Made by a program: the position numbers and the translations under genes
Notes under the pieces: generated by a model
Seen by the model: only the letters and a program-made list of their open reading frames with translations
The model's database searches: none
Told to the model about the DNA's origin: nothing
NCBI GenBank assembly: GCA_012295275.1
Contig: CM022665.1
Span: forward strand, 18,166,001 to 18,230,000
DNA: 64,000 bases
Source: Chrysomallon squamiferum
Taxonomy: Eukaryota; Animalia; Mollusca
Reading direction: 5' to 3'
Part shown: positions 1 to 14,142 of the stretch, in pieces
Layout of the letters: the number at the start of each line of letters is the position of its first letter
How positions within the stretch are numbered: the first letter of the stretch is position 1

Positions 1-476
1 GCAGAAAAGGTGTTATTTTCATGGACATGCAATTTTTGAATGTGTATTGCTACTAAACAAAAAATATTACACTTCTGAAACTTTTATATGTTTTAGTTAA
101 CATGTGGGACATTAAATTTCAAGAAAGGTCATCTCAAGGTCATGTGATCCATGAGGTCAATTTCAAGATTATAACAAAGGTTAAAAGGTCAGGGTACCCC
201 AACCTTCTTCAAACTGAACAATAATGTCATATTGCCTTTAAGCAATACCAATTTTATGAAGACTGGCCCAGTACTTCCTGAGACATGAGGGTTCTAAGTT
301 GGTGGTCAGGCCTATTTTTGCCAAAAATGTCAAAATTCAGGGGGCCATATCTCCCACGCTGCTGTTCTGATTGGCCTAAAATTTCGGATTGGTGCTGTGG
401 GATCCCAATCAACAAGTATACCAAGTTTCATAACAGTTGGGTTTAACCCATTGGGTGATTTAACATGGAATGACTC
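1..476. mobile_element. Right end of a DNA transposon, possibly Sola-type
   Basis: GC-richer segment ending in catggaatgactc (reverse GAGTCATTCCATG, similar to G(A/G)GTCATTCCA termini as I recall them). The other end is outside the window. Confidence 0.4.
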
Positions 477-914
477 ATTATTATTATTTCAAATCGCTTT
501 CATAATTTCTGCAGGATTTATATCAACTAGAATCCAAGTAAAAAGTTTTCTCAGCTCTATCTTCACAATTTTATATTTCAAACTGTTGATCCCATCTTGA
601 TGAAGTCATCTAACAGTGAAAATCTAAATTTAGTTAAAACATAATAAAAGTTATATAAATATTGTTTTGTTTATAGCTGCTAATAAAAGTAATTTTATTG
701 AAGAAAAAGAAAAATTATAAAATAACAATAACAATAATGATGATGATGATGGAGCGAAAAAACAAAAACAAGAAAACATCTATATTTATAAATTCATATA
801 TTTATACAAAACTGAACATTACAGTTAAATAAAATTAATTAAGTATATTTAATTATTAAATAACAACTTAAAATATATTGAATATGATAGATAAAAATAA
901 ATAATTAGATAAAA

Positions 915-1480
915 TAGTATCAAGAGTTAATTTAATTCTTGATGCTAAAACTAAGGCTATAATTTTGTAATCTACATTAAGTAGACTAATTGGTCACCAG
1001 TTTTTCAAATATTTTATTACCTTTTTTTTTTTTTTTTTTAAATAATGAACTAGCATCTCTTCATATTTCTTGATAATTCACGTTTGTCTTCAACATTTTT
1101 AACAACTTTAAAACACAAGGGTCCAATTTTCTTGCTGTAATGAAGATAATATTCTTAATTCTACAGTTAATCCGTCTAAACCAGGTGATTTATTGCTAGC
1201 TATTCCTTTTCATGCATCATATAATCTTTTAAGATTTATATCCTTATCATAGCTTTTTTTATCTTCTTCTGTAATATGATTTTGAATTAGATCTAATATA
1301 TATATAATATAGTATTAGTATCCTTTTCATTTTGATCAATTTCGCATTTTTTATATACAAATTAAAATAGTTCCATCATTCAAAATTAATTCTTTAATAG
1401 TAACTTTATTTTGTTTATACTTTTCTAAATTCACAAAATAACTTGTATTTTTATCAACATTGTGCTCAATTTTCTTTTAA
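915..1480 (-). mobile_element. L1/Tx1-clade LINE reverse transcriptase fragment
   Basis: Minus strand NKSPGLDGLTVE (~1160-1195) and KNW*PISLLNVDYKIIALVLASRIK (~930-1010). Confidence 0.8.
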
Positions 1481-2091
1481 ACAGGAATCCTAAACACTAG
1501 ACCACATCGTAATCTGTCCGCAAGTTCCTGTTATGGCGTTTTGAAAACGGAAGTGTGGAAATAATATGTATGTGTAAAGAGATAGAGTTATCGTTACTGA
1601 GTGCATCTCGCTGATAACAACGTTATACAGTTCACCAGTTTTAAACATAAAGTCCAAATAAGGCCACGTAAACAAATGTATTTGTTTGTTATTCCCGTCC
1701 TTGATTAATGTTCTCCATGAATTGTGAATAATTTTATTACATTTTTTTTTTTTAATTTAACGCCAATGATAGTTTTAGAAAAATTTTATGTATAATTTGT
1801 CTCTAAAAGAGTAAAATAAAATAAAATAAATAAATAAATAAATAAATAATAATAATAATATTAATAATAACAGTAATAAAAAAACATTTTTAAAAAACTG
1901 AGAGAGAAAAAAGAAAGAACGAAGAGACAAACTCGACGCATTTTTGTATTATTAAAACTTTTGTATTAATTATTATTATCATTATTATTGTTATTCTTAT
2001 TGTTTTTTTGTTATTATTATTATTGTTGTTGTTGTTTTTAATGTTGTTAATGTTTTTAATGTTGTTGTTGATACTTTGAAATTAGATTAAG

Positions 2092-3565
2092 GACATGACT
2101 ACATTTCTCAGCAATACTGACAGTGCTCGCTCTGTCATGACTCACCAGGCAAGTGTAGCGCCGGACTCCTTTCCTCACGCGAGTCCATCTTCAGCTATTG
2201 AAGTCCTTCAAAACTGCATAAACCTGCAGCAGTTGACAACTACAACAACTCTCCAGAAGAAGCTGTACGACACAAGACGTGATCTACAGAGAACAGTATC
2301 ATTCATAGTCACTGCTGGCCTTGATGTGTAGTCAACAAGTGAACGAACGAAAAAAATAATTATTCATATGTTCTCCATTCTTTCAATATAACGAAATTAA
2401 CAGATATATCCGACTAGAGATAAAAGGAATGAACCCAGCAATAACTAAAATGTTTATAATTAAATATAATTATACAGCGCACGCACGAAAAGGTCTGTAG
2501 AAACGCCAACTGGTAAAACTCGGTCAGCCTGTCAGTGCGTGCTAAATCATGACATTATCGATCTGTACCTAACATAGCAACCAATAAACAAACTGACAGC
2601 CATAGTCAAGAAGTGACAAAATAATCAACTTATTTATATGATTATACCCAGTTTGGGGTTACGCTAGCCTGGTTTGTATTAGATCTTACAGTCTGAAGTA
2701 AGTTTTTTTCTTTGTTTTGTTTTTATATACTATCTTATTTAATCAATTAGCCGACCAGTTAATCAGTTAACCGATCAGTTAATTTGAAAAAGTAAATATT
2801 GTATTCTATATATACTGCTTATCACAGACAACAGTGTTGTTAATCAGACAGAGCGAAAATCAGCTAAGTGATTACATCATAATGAAACTGAGTGATTCTT
2901 TAGCATAAGACAATCTTTTATTTTTGTGTAACTATATCATAATAATCAGTTAGAACGCAGCCTAGAAAAGGTGCTAATTAATTACTGACTTAAAGCAACA
3001 TGATTAAAGGTAGCTATAGAAGTTTTGTGTCTTTCGTTCTAGAAATAATAAATTATAATAAAATCTGTAAAGCAGCGTAGTGTCACGGTGACAGTTTATT
3101 CCCGAATCTGGCAGTGAGATTATAACACATCGTAACTGGACACGCCAGTTGTTCCATTTCTGGCATGTATTGCTCACCCTTACTAATTGATATTCCGTCA
3201 CCTTAATTGGTGGCCCATCACCTTAGCTGATGTTCCCGGTACCACTGACGATTAATCGTACCATTGACGGTTGACTGTTGATCGATGATCAAAGCAATAA
3301 CAAAGGCAATTAATTACGGTCAAACATTACAATCATCATGACTGTGTAGTATTTATATAGGTCTCCAAATCTTACGTTATAACATTAATTTCCTTGCAGC
3401 CACTACTCTGGATACCCTCTTCATACATCTCTTAATTGTTCTCGTTAACCCCACATGTCTAAATTGGTAGTATTTCCTGTCTCCAAATTTTACTGAGATA
3501 TAACATTAATTTCATGTCTCCAAACATTAATTTTCTTGCAATCTCTATTGCGGCTCACCTCTGCT
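2092..3565 (+). repeat. Segmental duplication block also at ~27660-29185 and (partial) 31945-32672
   Basis: Near-identical sequence; paired ORFs 2095/27610/31893 and 3004/28608. Confidence 0.95.
2190..2357 (+). mobile_element. 3' end of an Ingi/I-like LINE (copies at ~27755-27925 and ~32040-32207)
   Basis: VLQNCINL...TTLQKKLYDTRRDLQRTVSFIVTAGLDV* followed by gaacgaacgaaaaaaa; resembles C-termini of RNase H-bearing invertebrate LINEs. Confidence 0.5.
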
Positions 3566-3591
3566 CTTTTGTTTTCTCTGTAGTGAATTAT

Positions 3592-4378
3592 ATAATATTC
3601 ACTAAATCTTTATTTTTATATGCCCATTTAAAGCAGAATATATGCTACGTTTTATCTTAAGTACATTATTATTTTAGGGTATTATTTATTTAGCTATCTT
3701 GTATAATCATGTTTATTATTTATATTTTTACAATTCTTAAATGTTTACCTAATTAATGTCAGAAAATGGGGTAAATACACAACAACTAAATAGCAGAGCG
3801 TATGCAGACGTACATGGGCTATTTAGAAACTGTATTATATAATTTGGGGAAGTTCCGTTATTTAATAAACTTAGAAACACTGGGGTTTAACAAACTCAAA
3901 ATGGGCATTAAAAGTTGCAAAGTATATTCAGAAAGGCTGTCTGCAGAGGTGTAGATTGAACACCCGAGCGATCGGTACATAAGTAGCGGCACGCGTTTTT
4001 AACGAGATCTCTTTGGTCAGTAACCTTCTTGAGAAATGTGTTCTGACGGTCGTCAGCACAAGACAAAGGAAAACGCAGACAATGATAATTATGTTTTAAT
4101 GTTTTGTATATTTATATGTAACATCATACATATTGAATGATTGAAGATAGCTAAATCTATTACTGCTGAATTTTTATTGTGTTATTCTGTGGTACTTACG
4201 CTTAAAAACTAAGATAACGTATTTTAATAATTAAAAGATTATCTAGAAAGACTAAGTAACAAACTGGGCTGAATTAGTTTTGTATTATTTATCAACGCTA
4301 TTTTCTTTTATAGTATATCGTCGAATCGTATGATTTAACTATATTATATGTTACCCTTGAGGGTTAATTCATGTAAAC

Positions 4379-4413
<35 letters not shown>

Positions 4414-5478
4414 CAATTATCAATATTGAATTTTTGTTATATATATATAACAATTATCCATATTGAATTTTTGTTATATATATATAACAATTATCAATAT
4501 TGAATTTTTGTTATATATATATAACAATTATCCATATTGAATTCTTATTTGTGTTAGTGTTCTCTAGTGGATAGAGAATAGCCATTTAGTGATTTAAACT
4601 GTCTCAGATAATTAACACCTTGTCACGTGACGAGCCAACTTTTAGGTATTAATACCACACAGACTAGTCACCGTGACAGTAACTGTTTTATATTTTACAT
4701 ACATTAACCATCAATAGTAACATATAATTTAATCGTATGATTTGAACGATACAGTATAAAGACAAATAGCGTTGATAGATAATACTGTTTTAATTAAGCC
4801 CAGCTGGTTACGTTAACTTTCTAACGAAGCTTTTAGTTACTAAAATACGTTATTTTGTACTTAGTTTTCAAGCGTAAGTAAGTACCACAGAATAATACAA
4901 TAAAATATCCAACAGAAATATACTTGGCTATATTCTATCAATCAACATGTATATTACATAAAAAAGAAAAACCCCATTTAAACCATTACTACCACTGCCT
5001 GAGTAATCCTTTGTCTTGAGTACACCTACCTCAGACAACGTTTCGCAAAACGGCGCGCTGGTCAAAAGATCTCGTTTAAAACGCGCGCTGGATTTTCATA
5101 GGGCTCTCGCGGGCGTTCATGAAACACCTCTGCAGACAGCCTTTCTGAATTTAGTTTGCAATTTTAAATGCTTATTTTGAGTTTGTTAATCCCAATGTTT
5201 CTTAGTTAATAAAATAACGGATCTTCTCCTAATTACATAATACAGCTTCTAAACAGCCGATTGACGTCTGCATACTATCTGCTATTTAGTTTTTGTGTAA
5301 TTACCCACATTTTCCCCACAGTATTTAGCTAAACATTGAAGAACCGTAAAAATATTAACTTATAAACATGATTATACACTATAGCTTAATTAATATTACT
5401 GTAATATACTAAATATAAAATGCAGCAATCATTCTGCTTTAAATCGGCATATAAAAATAAATGTTTTGTGAATATTAT
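3592..5478. repeat. Long imperfect inverted repeat (foldback), arms 3592-4353 and 4718-5478
   Basis: Arms are collinear reverse complements, including a perfect 27-mer at 3926-3952 / 5124-5150. The spacer has (TA)n and four ~38-bp tandem units (4408-4545). Confidence 0.9.
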
Positions 5479-6625
5479 TTAAATATTTGTTAATTTCTAA
5501 TTGTAGTCTCATCTGAAATGGATTTGATGAATTGTTTTGAGATGTTCAAGCAAACCTCCTCATTAGTATATTTCTACACTCTGTGATTTGTCTGACCAGA
5601 CACAGAGCTTCTGATCAGTTTGTTGAAGATGTGTGCGGTTTTTAATCCAGTTGTAAATAAATAAGAAGTACTTGTAACTGAAAATAATGTCATTGCAGTT
5701 TTCTGTTCTCGTAAAATATTTGTAATGAAAAACCTTACACTGGAGTCTATTGATGTAATGAAAATTTTTAGTCTGTTTATATAATTATTATTTCAAAAAG
5801 TCAAACGATGATTTCTGTGTGTAATATGTGTCTACTTTTAACATACAGAAAACTTTCAGTGAATTTATGATTGATAATGTTAACCCTACATGTCAGTCTG
5901 ATATGATATCAGCCAAAGCTTTTATCATTTTCAAACATTGTTAAGCTGTGTAGATGTATTTTGAAGTCTGATAAATCACTTATCATTGTTTTGATAAAAA
6001 TGCTATATATATTTCTGTTTTAAATGTATCTGTATCTTTACAGTCATAAAATTTTCGAAAGAGAATTATTCATACCCACTTTATTGGAGTGAATATATAA
6101 GAATAAGCATATTAAGCATTTCTCATTTTTATGTTTCAGAATTGTTTTTGTTGCACTTCATTCCAATGAACATATAAGATGGACACAAGTAAAAACATCG
6201 TCAGAAAATCATGTATAGAAACAACAGTCTCCATGTTACGCCAATGAAATATAGTGGAGCAAAGTCGTCAAGCAAACAAATCATTCAGTATGTGCATTAA
6301 ATATGTGTATTTATTTAATTATATTTTTTCACAAATATAGCATGTAGAATTGAAGTTGTGTTGATGTATATCAATATATTCCTAATTTGTTACATTTTTA
6401 ATCAATAAAATAGCTTGAAATAGTTACTGAATAATTAGCTGTTTCTCTGTGAAATTAATCATCATATGGTTTAAAAGTGGTTAAAGTAAATTATATACAT
6501 TGCAAAATATTAATGAGCTATTCTCGTTCCTTATGATGAACTGGTCTATTGGTCAAAGTGAAGAAAAAATTTAAAATTAAAAAAACATAGAAAAATTAAA
6601 TAATAGTAATAAATAAATAAAAGTA

Positions 6626-6687
<62 letters not shown>

Positions 6688-6850
6688 CAACAATAACAAT
6701 AACAATAACAATAATAATAAATTAATTATCTTCAGTTCCCTAATGAAAAACATGTAATATTTCCATACTTCTATAAACTTATTTAGCCAAAATATTATTA
6801 TTCCAAAACATAAAAATAAAAATCAATAATTACAAAGACGTTGACATGTA

Positions 6851-7470
6851 GGGTGTAGGAAAAAATAGCACACGGAAGAAATGGCACTGCAAATTTGGAA
6901 AAAATGACACCCTATTTATTTTTTCTGTATATAATAAAAAATTAAAAAAATAAAACACAAAAAAAGCAAACAAACAAAAATAACAACAACAAAAGAAAAA
7001 AAAAAACAAAAAAAACAACAAAAAACAAACAAAAAAACAACAAAATAATAAAATATATTTGAAAATTCAATTTATTCATGCAATATTGCTACATAGATGT
7101 ATATTAATATACAGCATTGCTCAATCACTTGGTTTTGCTTAACAATATTATATATCACATTATTATCACATTTAACAATATGATATACATAGCATCACTC
7201 AACCACTGGGTTTTGGTTACCATGAGGTTTCCAGAGGATGTTGTGACCAGCTCCTTGGAGGAATTCTTCTGTCCACACATGAAGATGAGACTGTAGACAT
7301 GCTTACATGAAAACCACACGTTTGACTCGCTTGTCGGGAGGCTCACCACGAGCAGCCTTGAGGAGAGTTGTGCTGACTTGGGCAGCATCTGCTTTAAGCC
7401 AGTGAATTAGTTTCCACAGGTGCCATTTTTAACAGGTGCCTTTTCTCCGGTTCCATTTTTTCTGTACTCC
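6851..7470. mobile_element. Short MULE-like element bounded by inverted ggaaaaaatggcac-type arrays
   Basis: 6851-6912 and 7410-7470 are imperfect inverted arrays of the same motif as 36127-36178. GC-richer coding-like remnant at 7200-7410. Confidence 0.5.
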
Positions 7471-8180
7471 ATTAGAAACTGAACAAACTAGGACATTAGA
7501 CCCAGTCACAATCTTTTTATTTTGCAAAAAGCACAAATAATTTTAAATAACTGATTTTTCAAATGCATGCTTCCTTGAAAACAAACTGTCTGTTTAAACA
7601 TTATGTATTTCGGAACTAATGTACAATGTCTTTTTACGACTGTGAGTCGCAATGGACATACGAACACAATGCTGTAATGCCGGATATTTGTACTGAATAT
7701 TCGATTAAACTTTGAGTGAATAATTCAATTTTTCTTATATTTTTATTACTTCCTTTAATGCAGACTTATCTGAAAATGGAGGAACAATACACTTTGAAAA
7801 GGGATGATCTGTTCTAAACGTCGTTGGAGGTGGGAGACGTCTATTCGGTCCTGGTTGGTTGTCGGTTACGGTTTCATTTTACCCAGAAAATTTAGGAAGA
7901 TTGCAGACGGACGAAGTAGGTACATCTATGAAATGTGTATCAATATCTTTCCACGAATATCGACAAATTGAAAGTAGCCTATGACAAATTTGTATTGTAA
8001 GTCAGAAGTGTTTTTGTTATTTTATTTTATTTTTTTGTTTTGTTTTTTTTTTTTAGTTTAGCAGAAAAACTAATAGTTTTAGATGAAATTGTTCGATTGG
8101 AATTTCTATAACAGGGCATAGAAGTGAAATAAATAAGAAAAATAAAGACTTCTCATTATCTTTTGCAGACTCTGAATGAT

Positions 8181-8302
8181 ATGGAAAGTCTCTCTTCAGT
8201 CAGTACTTCAAACGGACGAATTCCTGAGTTTACTCAACCTTTGGATGAAAGATACAAATGTTGTTACTGCAAGCAGGTTCTTCGTAATCCAGTCCAAACA
8301 CG
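8181..8302 (+). CDS. TRAF3: TRAF3-like coding exon 1 (N-terminus, first half of RING)
   Basis: Acceptor ttttgcag ends at 8168; ATG at 8181; MESLSSVSTSNGRIPEFTQPLDERYKCCYCKQVLRNPVQT; donor gtaaat at 8303 (phase 2). Confidence 0.88.
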
Positions 8303-9504
8303 GTAAATGAAAATACACCTTACATCTGAAACTAAATTGCAGTCAGATTGTATCCAGTATTACTATTACTAAGTGTGAAATGATGATAATATTGCTTAAA
8401 AAGATATTTATAATTAAATCCTTTCCAAAACAAGGCAAATAAAAACTCAAAGATCCTTCTCAAACTAAGCTGCTATAAAATTGTAACTAGTATTACTACT
8501 AACATTTTCATCAAGTATGAAATGGCAATGATGTAGGTTAAACGCTGTTTACTTTCAAAACGAGGAAACTGAAAATACAAAGATCTATCTGAGACTATAC
8601 TGTAAAAAGATTGTATACAGTATTACTATTTTGACAGTTTCATTAAATATGAAATAGTGATGATGTACATATTTTAAGAAGCTATGTAAGATTAAATCAC
8701 AGGTGAATACTTCCCCCAGCTACCATATTTACACGGGCCAGATCTAGCCCCCAAAATGTGCTAGATGAGTTGTTTTTATGTTTGATGCTATATTCTTTAA
8801 GGAAATTGTGTCTTGCATAATACAAAAATATAAATGCTTCTATGCTTATTTTGCCAAAGGTTTGCTTATCTTTAGTTTTTTTTATAATTAATTCAACCTT
8901 TTTCTGTTTACATATTTTTATCTTTAAACAACAAGGTGTGGACATCGCCTGTGTGAGAAATGTAGAGATGAAATCTTTGCCAGTGGGGAGCCTGTAGCTT
9001 GTCCAGCTGGAGAGGACGATTGTGAAACTCTCGAACAAAATGAGGTGAGTTGAAATTTATTTACATTCTATTAGAAAACACCCCCCTGAAAATCCCCATT
9101 TTTAACAACCATCAGTGATAAATTAAACAATAATCTGGCAGTCTGTTTTCTTTTAATTCCAGTATCAATATTACTTTGATTGATTTGCAGATTTATCCAG
9201 ATGTAAGCATACGAAGAGAAATTCAGAATCTTCCTGTTCGTTGTAGAAACTACATTTTTGAATGCACCTTTACTGCTCCCTGGAAATATATTGAGGTTGG
9301 TTATAAAAATGTGGTAAAAAGGATTGAAACAATAATAAGGAAAATTAGAAAATGATTGTTGTTGGTGCTATTATTACAACTGTTACAAATAATATAAGGT
9401 GAAAAAAAATGTAGGAAAAAGGAAATAAATGATATAAGGAAAATTAGAAATTAAAAGTTATAGCTGTTGCTATTACTGTTTTGTTACTGTTACTATTATT
9501 ATTA

Positions 9505-9552
<48 letters not shown>

Positions 9553-12500
9553 AATAAAGTATAAGGAAAATTAGGAATTAAAAATTACTGTTGTTGCTAT
9601 TTTCATTATTATTGTAATAAAATTGTTTTTATTCTTCCTGTTATATATTTTATGGGGACACGCTTGGCGAAATTTGAAAAACAAAATCGTTTTGACACGA
9701 CCATTAACAAAAATTATTCAGGTTTCTATTCATTAAGTAAAAAATCCCAAATAAATTTAAATATCTCCCCAAAAATGCATTTTGTGAGACGCCTGTCACT
9801 GAAATTTACACATTTTAGTCAAATTCTGCGTTTATTTCCGGGTTTTATTTTCGACGCTTGTTTCTTCGAAACCTGCATACATCATGACTTTTTGATGCAT
9901 TCTTATTGGTTAATACTTTGTTTCAGCATTATTATTGTTTACTTCCGTTCATTGATGTTCCCCTCCCCGTGCATAATGTTTTTGATTTAAATTTTCGAAA
10001 TCATAGAGATTATCGTGGAAAGAAAACCATTACTAAACATAAATTTGGGAAGCGGAAGCTATCTTGCAATAAACAATTACAATGTGCACGAGAAAAATTG
10101 CAGAAAAAGCGAGGTCATTGAGGAAATGGAATTTAGTCGCTGCTGGAGATTGGCAAGAACCAGGACCTTCCCCACCGACTTCCAAAACAAAACTGGAACA
10201 TGTTTTGGAAATCGAAGATGAAGAAGCAGATGATCATCCATTTGTTACTGATGACAACTGTCTTTTTGTGCAGGTGGCGTGTCTGAAAAAAATTGGGAAA
10301 ACCCAAAGAAAGCGTAGCCAGTGGGTTTGCAATGAAAGTGCTACAATACAGTAGCAGCACTGGGTTTACAAAAGTGGGTGGAGCTGCTATGAAACTAATG
10401 CAGGATTTGGAACGAATCCACATGATGGAAAGAAAATTGCTGTAATCGAAAAAAAAGACAAAGCGAACTAAGACATTTGAAAAGGATTCAGCAACATGAA
10501 ATGCTTGCTGCAGCTGAAGGTGAAATAACTCTTACTGGACTACACATAAAATAGCAATCATATGTATATAAATAAAGTTGTTTTAGATAAATGTTTCAGG
10601 TTTTTTCAGAAGGAAATACATACACACAGTTATCATTATACATAATATCACCCATGTAACTAGATTAAGTGGAAATATAAAACTTTATTTGCTGTTTCCT
10701 CACATTTTATTTTTGGTACTTTTCTAAATTTTGGGGCAGCTGCTGCATGAAAACTATTTGAACTAGAGATCCCAAACTTGGAATATAATATTTTAGAAAC
10801 AAACACTACAAAAAGACAGAAATTAACAATTCTTTTCATTTATAATGTGTCTAGTATGAAAAAATACAAGTAAAAAAACATAACATTATTTTGAAAAATG
10901 TATTTGTTTTGAAGCATGTATGTATATATATATATATATATATTGCCTTTTGTTGGTTTTGCTTGGAAAGGTGAAATTTGATATTAATATTAAAAAAGCC
11001 AAAAATAAAAGTAATCATTTAAAAAAAAAAAAAAAAAAAAAATTGGTACTGGTGTTTTATGGTAACAAATGGGGATTATTTCCATCAAGTTTCAATTCTA
11101 CAGCATAAAAAATAATGATTTTTGATTTTTGCCACACGTGTCCCCTTAAATTCATCATTCAGTGAAAGATTGCTATTTTACAAAGAGCCAGTAATCTGTT
11201 TTTTTTTTTATTTTTATTTTCAGTATCCAATTTATCTTTTAAAACTGTAAACTTGAATCATTTATCAGAGCTGTTCTATCAGAAACATGAAGCTGTGTGT
11301 CAGTTCAAACCAGTGGAGTGTCCAAACAAGAAGTTTGGTTGTGAAACATTTTTACCTGAGAACAAGATGAGTCCACATCAGCTTCAGTGTCCATTTCGTC
11401 AGACAAACTGTGAACGATGTGGACAAACATTATGTTTTAAATTCGTCAGAGTAATTATTCTGTTTCTTAAGTATTTTTATATCCGATATTAAAGTAAATA
11501 AATAAATAAATAAATAAATGTAATATAATGTAATCTAATCATGTATGCATGTATATATAGCCTATAACATTTTTGTAAAATCTATAATCAAGAAATGTAA
11601 TATTATTTTAAATAACTAGATTGACTCATATGAAAATATGCATATTTTCAACATAATTATCAAAGATTTTATTCTGTTATTATTACAAAAACACCTTTTT
11701 CATCTGATATATAATCTATCTGTCCACACACAGACACACACACACATTTATATATAGACTAATACATTTTTATAAAATATATAATCATGAAATATAATGT
11801 TATTTATTACTTTTATGAAAATCTACATATGTTAGATATAATTATCAGATTATTTATTGTTACTAAAGCATGTGTTTACCTGATATCTCAAGTGTGTGTG
11901 TGTGTGTGTGTGAATATGTTGCCCATAACATTTTTGGTAAAATATATAAACAGAAATTTATTTTAAATGGCAAGGATTTACACATGGAAATTAACATTTA
12001 TTGCACCTCATTATCAAAGTAATTCTATTAAAGGAATTTTTCTGAAAAAGAAAGAAAGAACAATCTTTTTGATACTGGTACAATATTTGACTAATTACAT
12101 TATTTAAAATGAAAAAGATTATATATGCATTTATTTGGAATCCCCATTGCCAGTGACAGTTTTGTAAAATGTATAACTTGTAAAAGAAATAACCATTTTT
12201 GATCATTTGATTAATAATTTTAACTCTTAGAAATTGATTCACTCAATGATTGTGATAAATTTTGTTTTGATTAATTCTCATAGAACTGTGGGATGCTGTA
12301 AATTGTTTTGAGTCCTTAACTCTTTAGTCATCTGAATAATACAGTATTACTTTGGTTAAGAAGTGGATTATTTTAATTAATTTAAAAACGATTATTTTAT
12401 ATATGCATATTGACTGATAGACAGGGAATAGCTTGTTATGGTTTTACGTATCAGTTTTATTCTGTGAAGAGTAAAATGGCCTGATTCAGCAAGGCTCAGT

Positions 12501-13834
12501 CAAGCTGTCATTTGAACAGAGGATGATAAAACTGATATCTTAAGGCAGTAACCAGTTATTTCTTTTATTCTTTTATTAAAAAAAATATACAAAAACTAAA
12601 TGAAATTATGTGGTTTATTTTCAACGTGCCACTCTTGCAAGTAATAAATTCATTTATATTAATGTTTCAGTCAGTTTACATGAAAACTAAATAATTCATA
12701 AACATACATACACACATATTCTGCAGATTTAACTTTTCTAAAAAAAAAAATTATTATAATACATATGAAGTGGAGAAATTGCATTTCACAAAATACACAT
12801 GTATCAGTATAATGTTTTGAAAATTATGTTTTGAAGTGTTAAGATAAAGTAAGGCTTAATATTTTTGAAAATAGAATGTTAATTTTAATTCAGAATAAAG
12901 TTCATAACATTATCATCATCATCATCATTTTGTTGGTTGTTAATTCAGACATATTGGAAGAAAAATTAACACTTTAAATAATTTGCAGCAACATAAAGAA
13001 AATGATTGTCCAGAAGTTGATGTCATGTGTCCATACAATTGTACTGCTCAGATGATGAAACGAAAAGAGGTGAAATGTATTATTATTATTGTTATTGTTA
13101 TTGTTATTATTATTATTATAAATGTTGTTATTATTAATTTTCTTATTGTTCTTCTTATTGTTCTTATTATTATAAATATTATTATTTTTATTATTACTAC
13201 TGTTATTGTTATCATCATCATTATTATTATTATTATTTCATTGTTACTACCATCAGGACAGGATTTAGTTATGATGGCTGAACTTTTGAGGCCTTCCTTA
13301 ATTTGGATCCAAAATAGTAGGTTTTTTCTAGCTTGTAGGCAAATCAAACAGTAACTAATAATTGTTGTTGCTGTATTGTTCTTGTTACTGTAGATCACCG
13401 TTGTTGTCGATGATGCTCTTATTATTACTATTATCACTATTATTGTTGTTATTGCTGCTGCTGTTATTATTATTCTATACATGAACTTTGTAACAGAAAG
13501 TGCAAAATTTCAATTTTGATAACATTCTTTTCTTTCACTTGTAGAACGTCATAAAAATTGTAATAATTTTGTTTGGCTGATAAACATGTAACCTTGAAAT
13601 TTTATTAATATTAATTGTAGTAATAATAGTTGTAGTGGTAGTAAAAACAAATAATAAACAAACAAATAACAACAACAATTAAACCTTATTTTCAGTTAAG
13701 TGACCACTTGATGACCTGTCCAAAAAAGCCCCAGGAATGTAAATTTAAACAAATTGGTTGTGATTTCACTGTGAGTATTTCTTTTAAATCTTTAGACTTT
13801 AGTATTATGTTATTAATTTCTTTCTTTTTCTTTC

Positions 13835-13886
<52 letters not shown>

Positions 13887-14108
13887 CTACTACTACTACT
13901 ACTGTTATTATCATTCTGTTATCATCATTATTATTCAGATTCATTTTTATTAAATAATATCTTTATTATGACAAACCAGGTTATTTCACCTTTTTTTCTC
14001 TCTGTATATCTATAAAAATTTGATTGAACAGTTTTATTGTTATTGTTATTGTTATTGTTGTTATTTTTATTATTATTTTTATCATTTTTATCATTATTAC
14101 TATTATCA

Positions 14109-14142
<34 letters not shown>

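Noticed and set aside
13245-13355. Complex island inside low-complexity intron, considered as snoRNA or hammerhead ribozyme
   Set aside because: No complete C/D or H/ACA box set. The minus-strand ctgatgg...gaaa lacks the CUGAUGA core and stems. Conservation in the paralog is explained by recent duplication.
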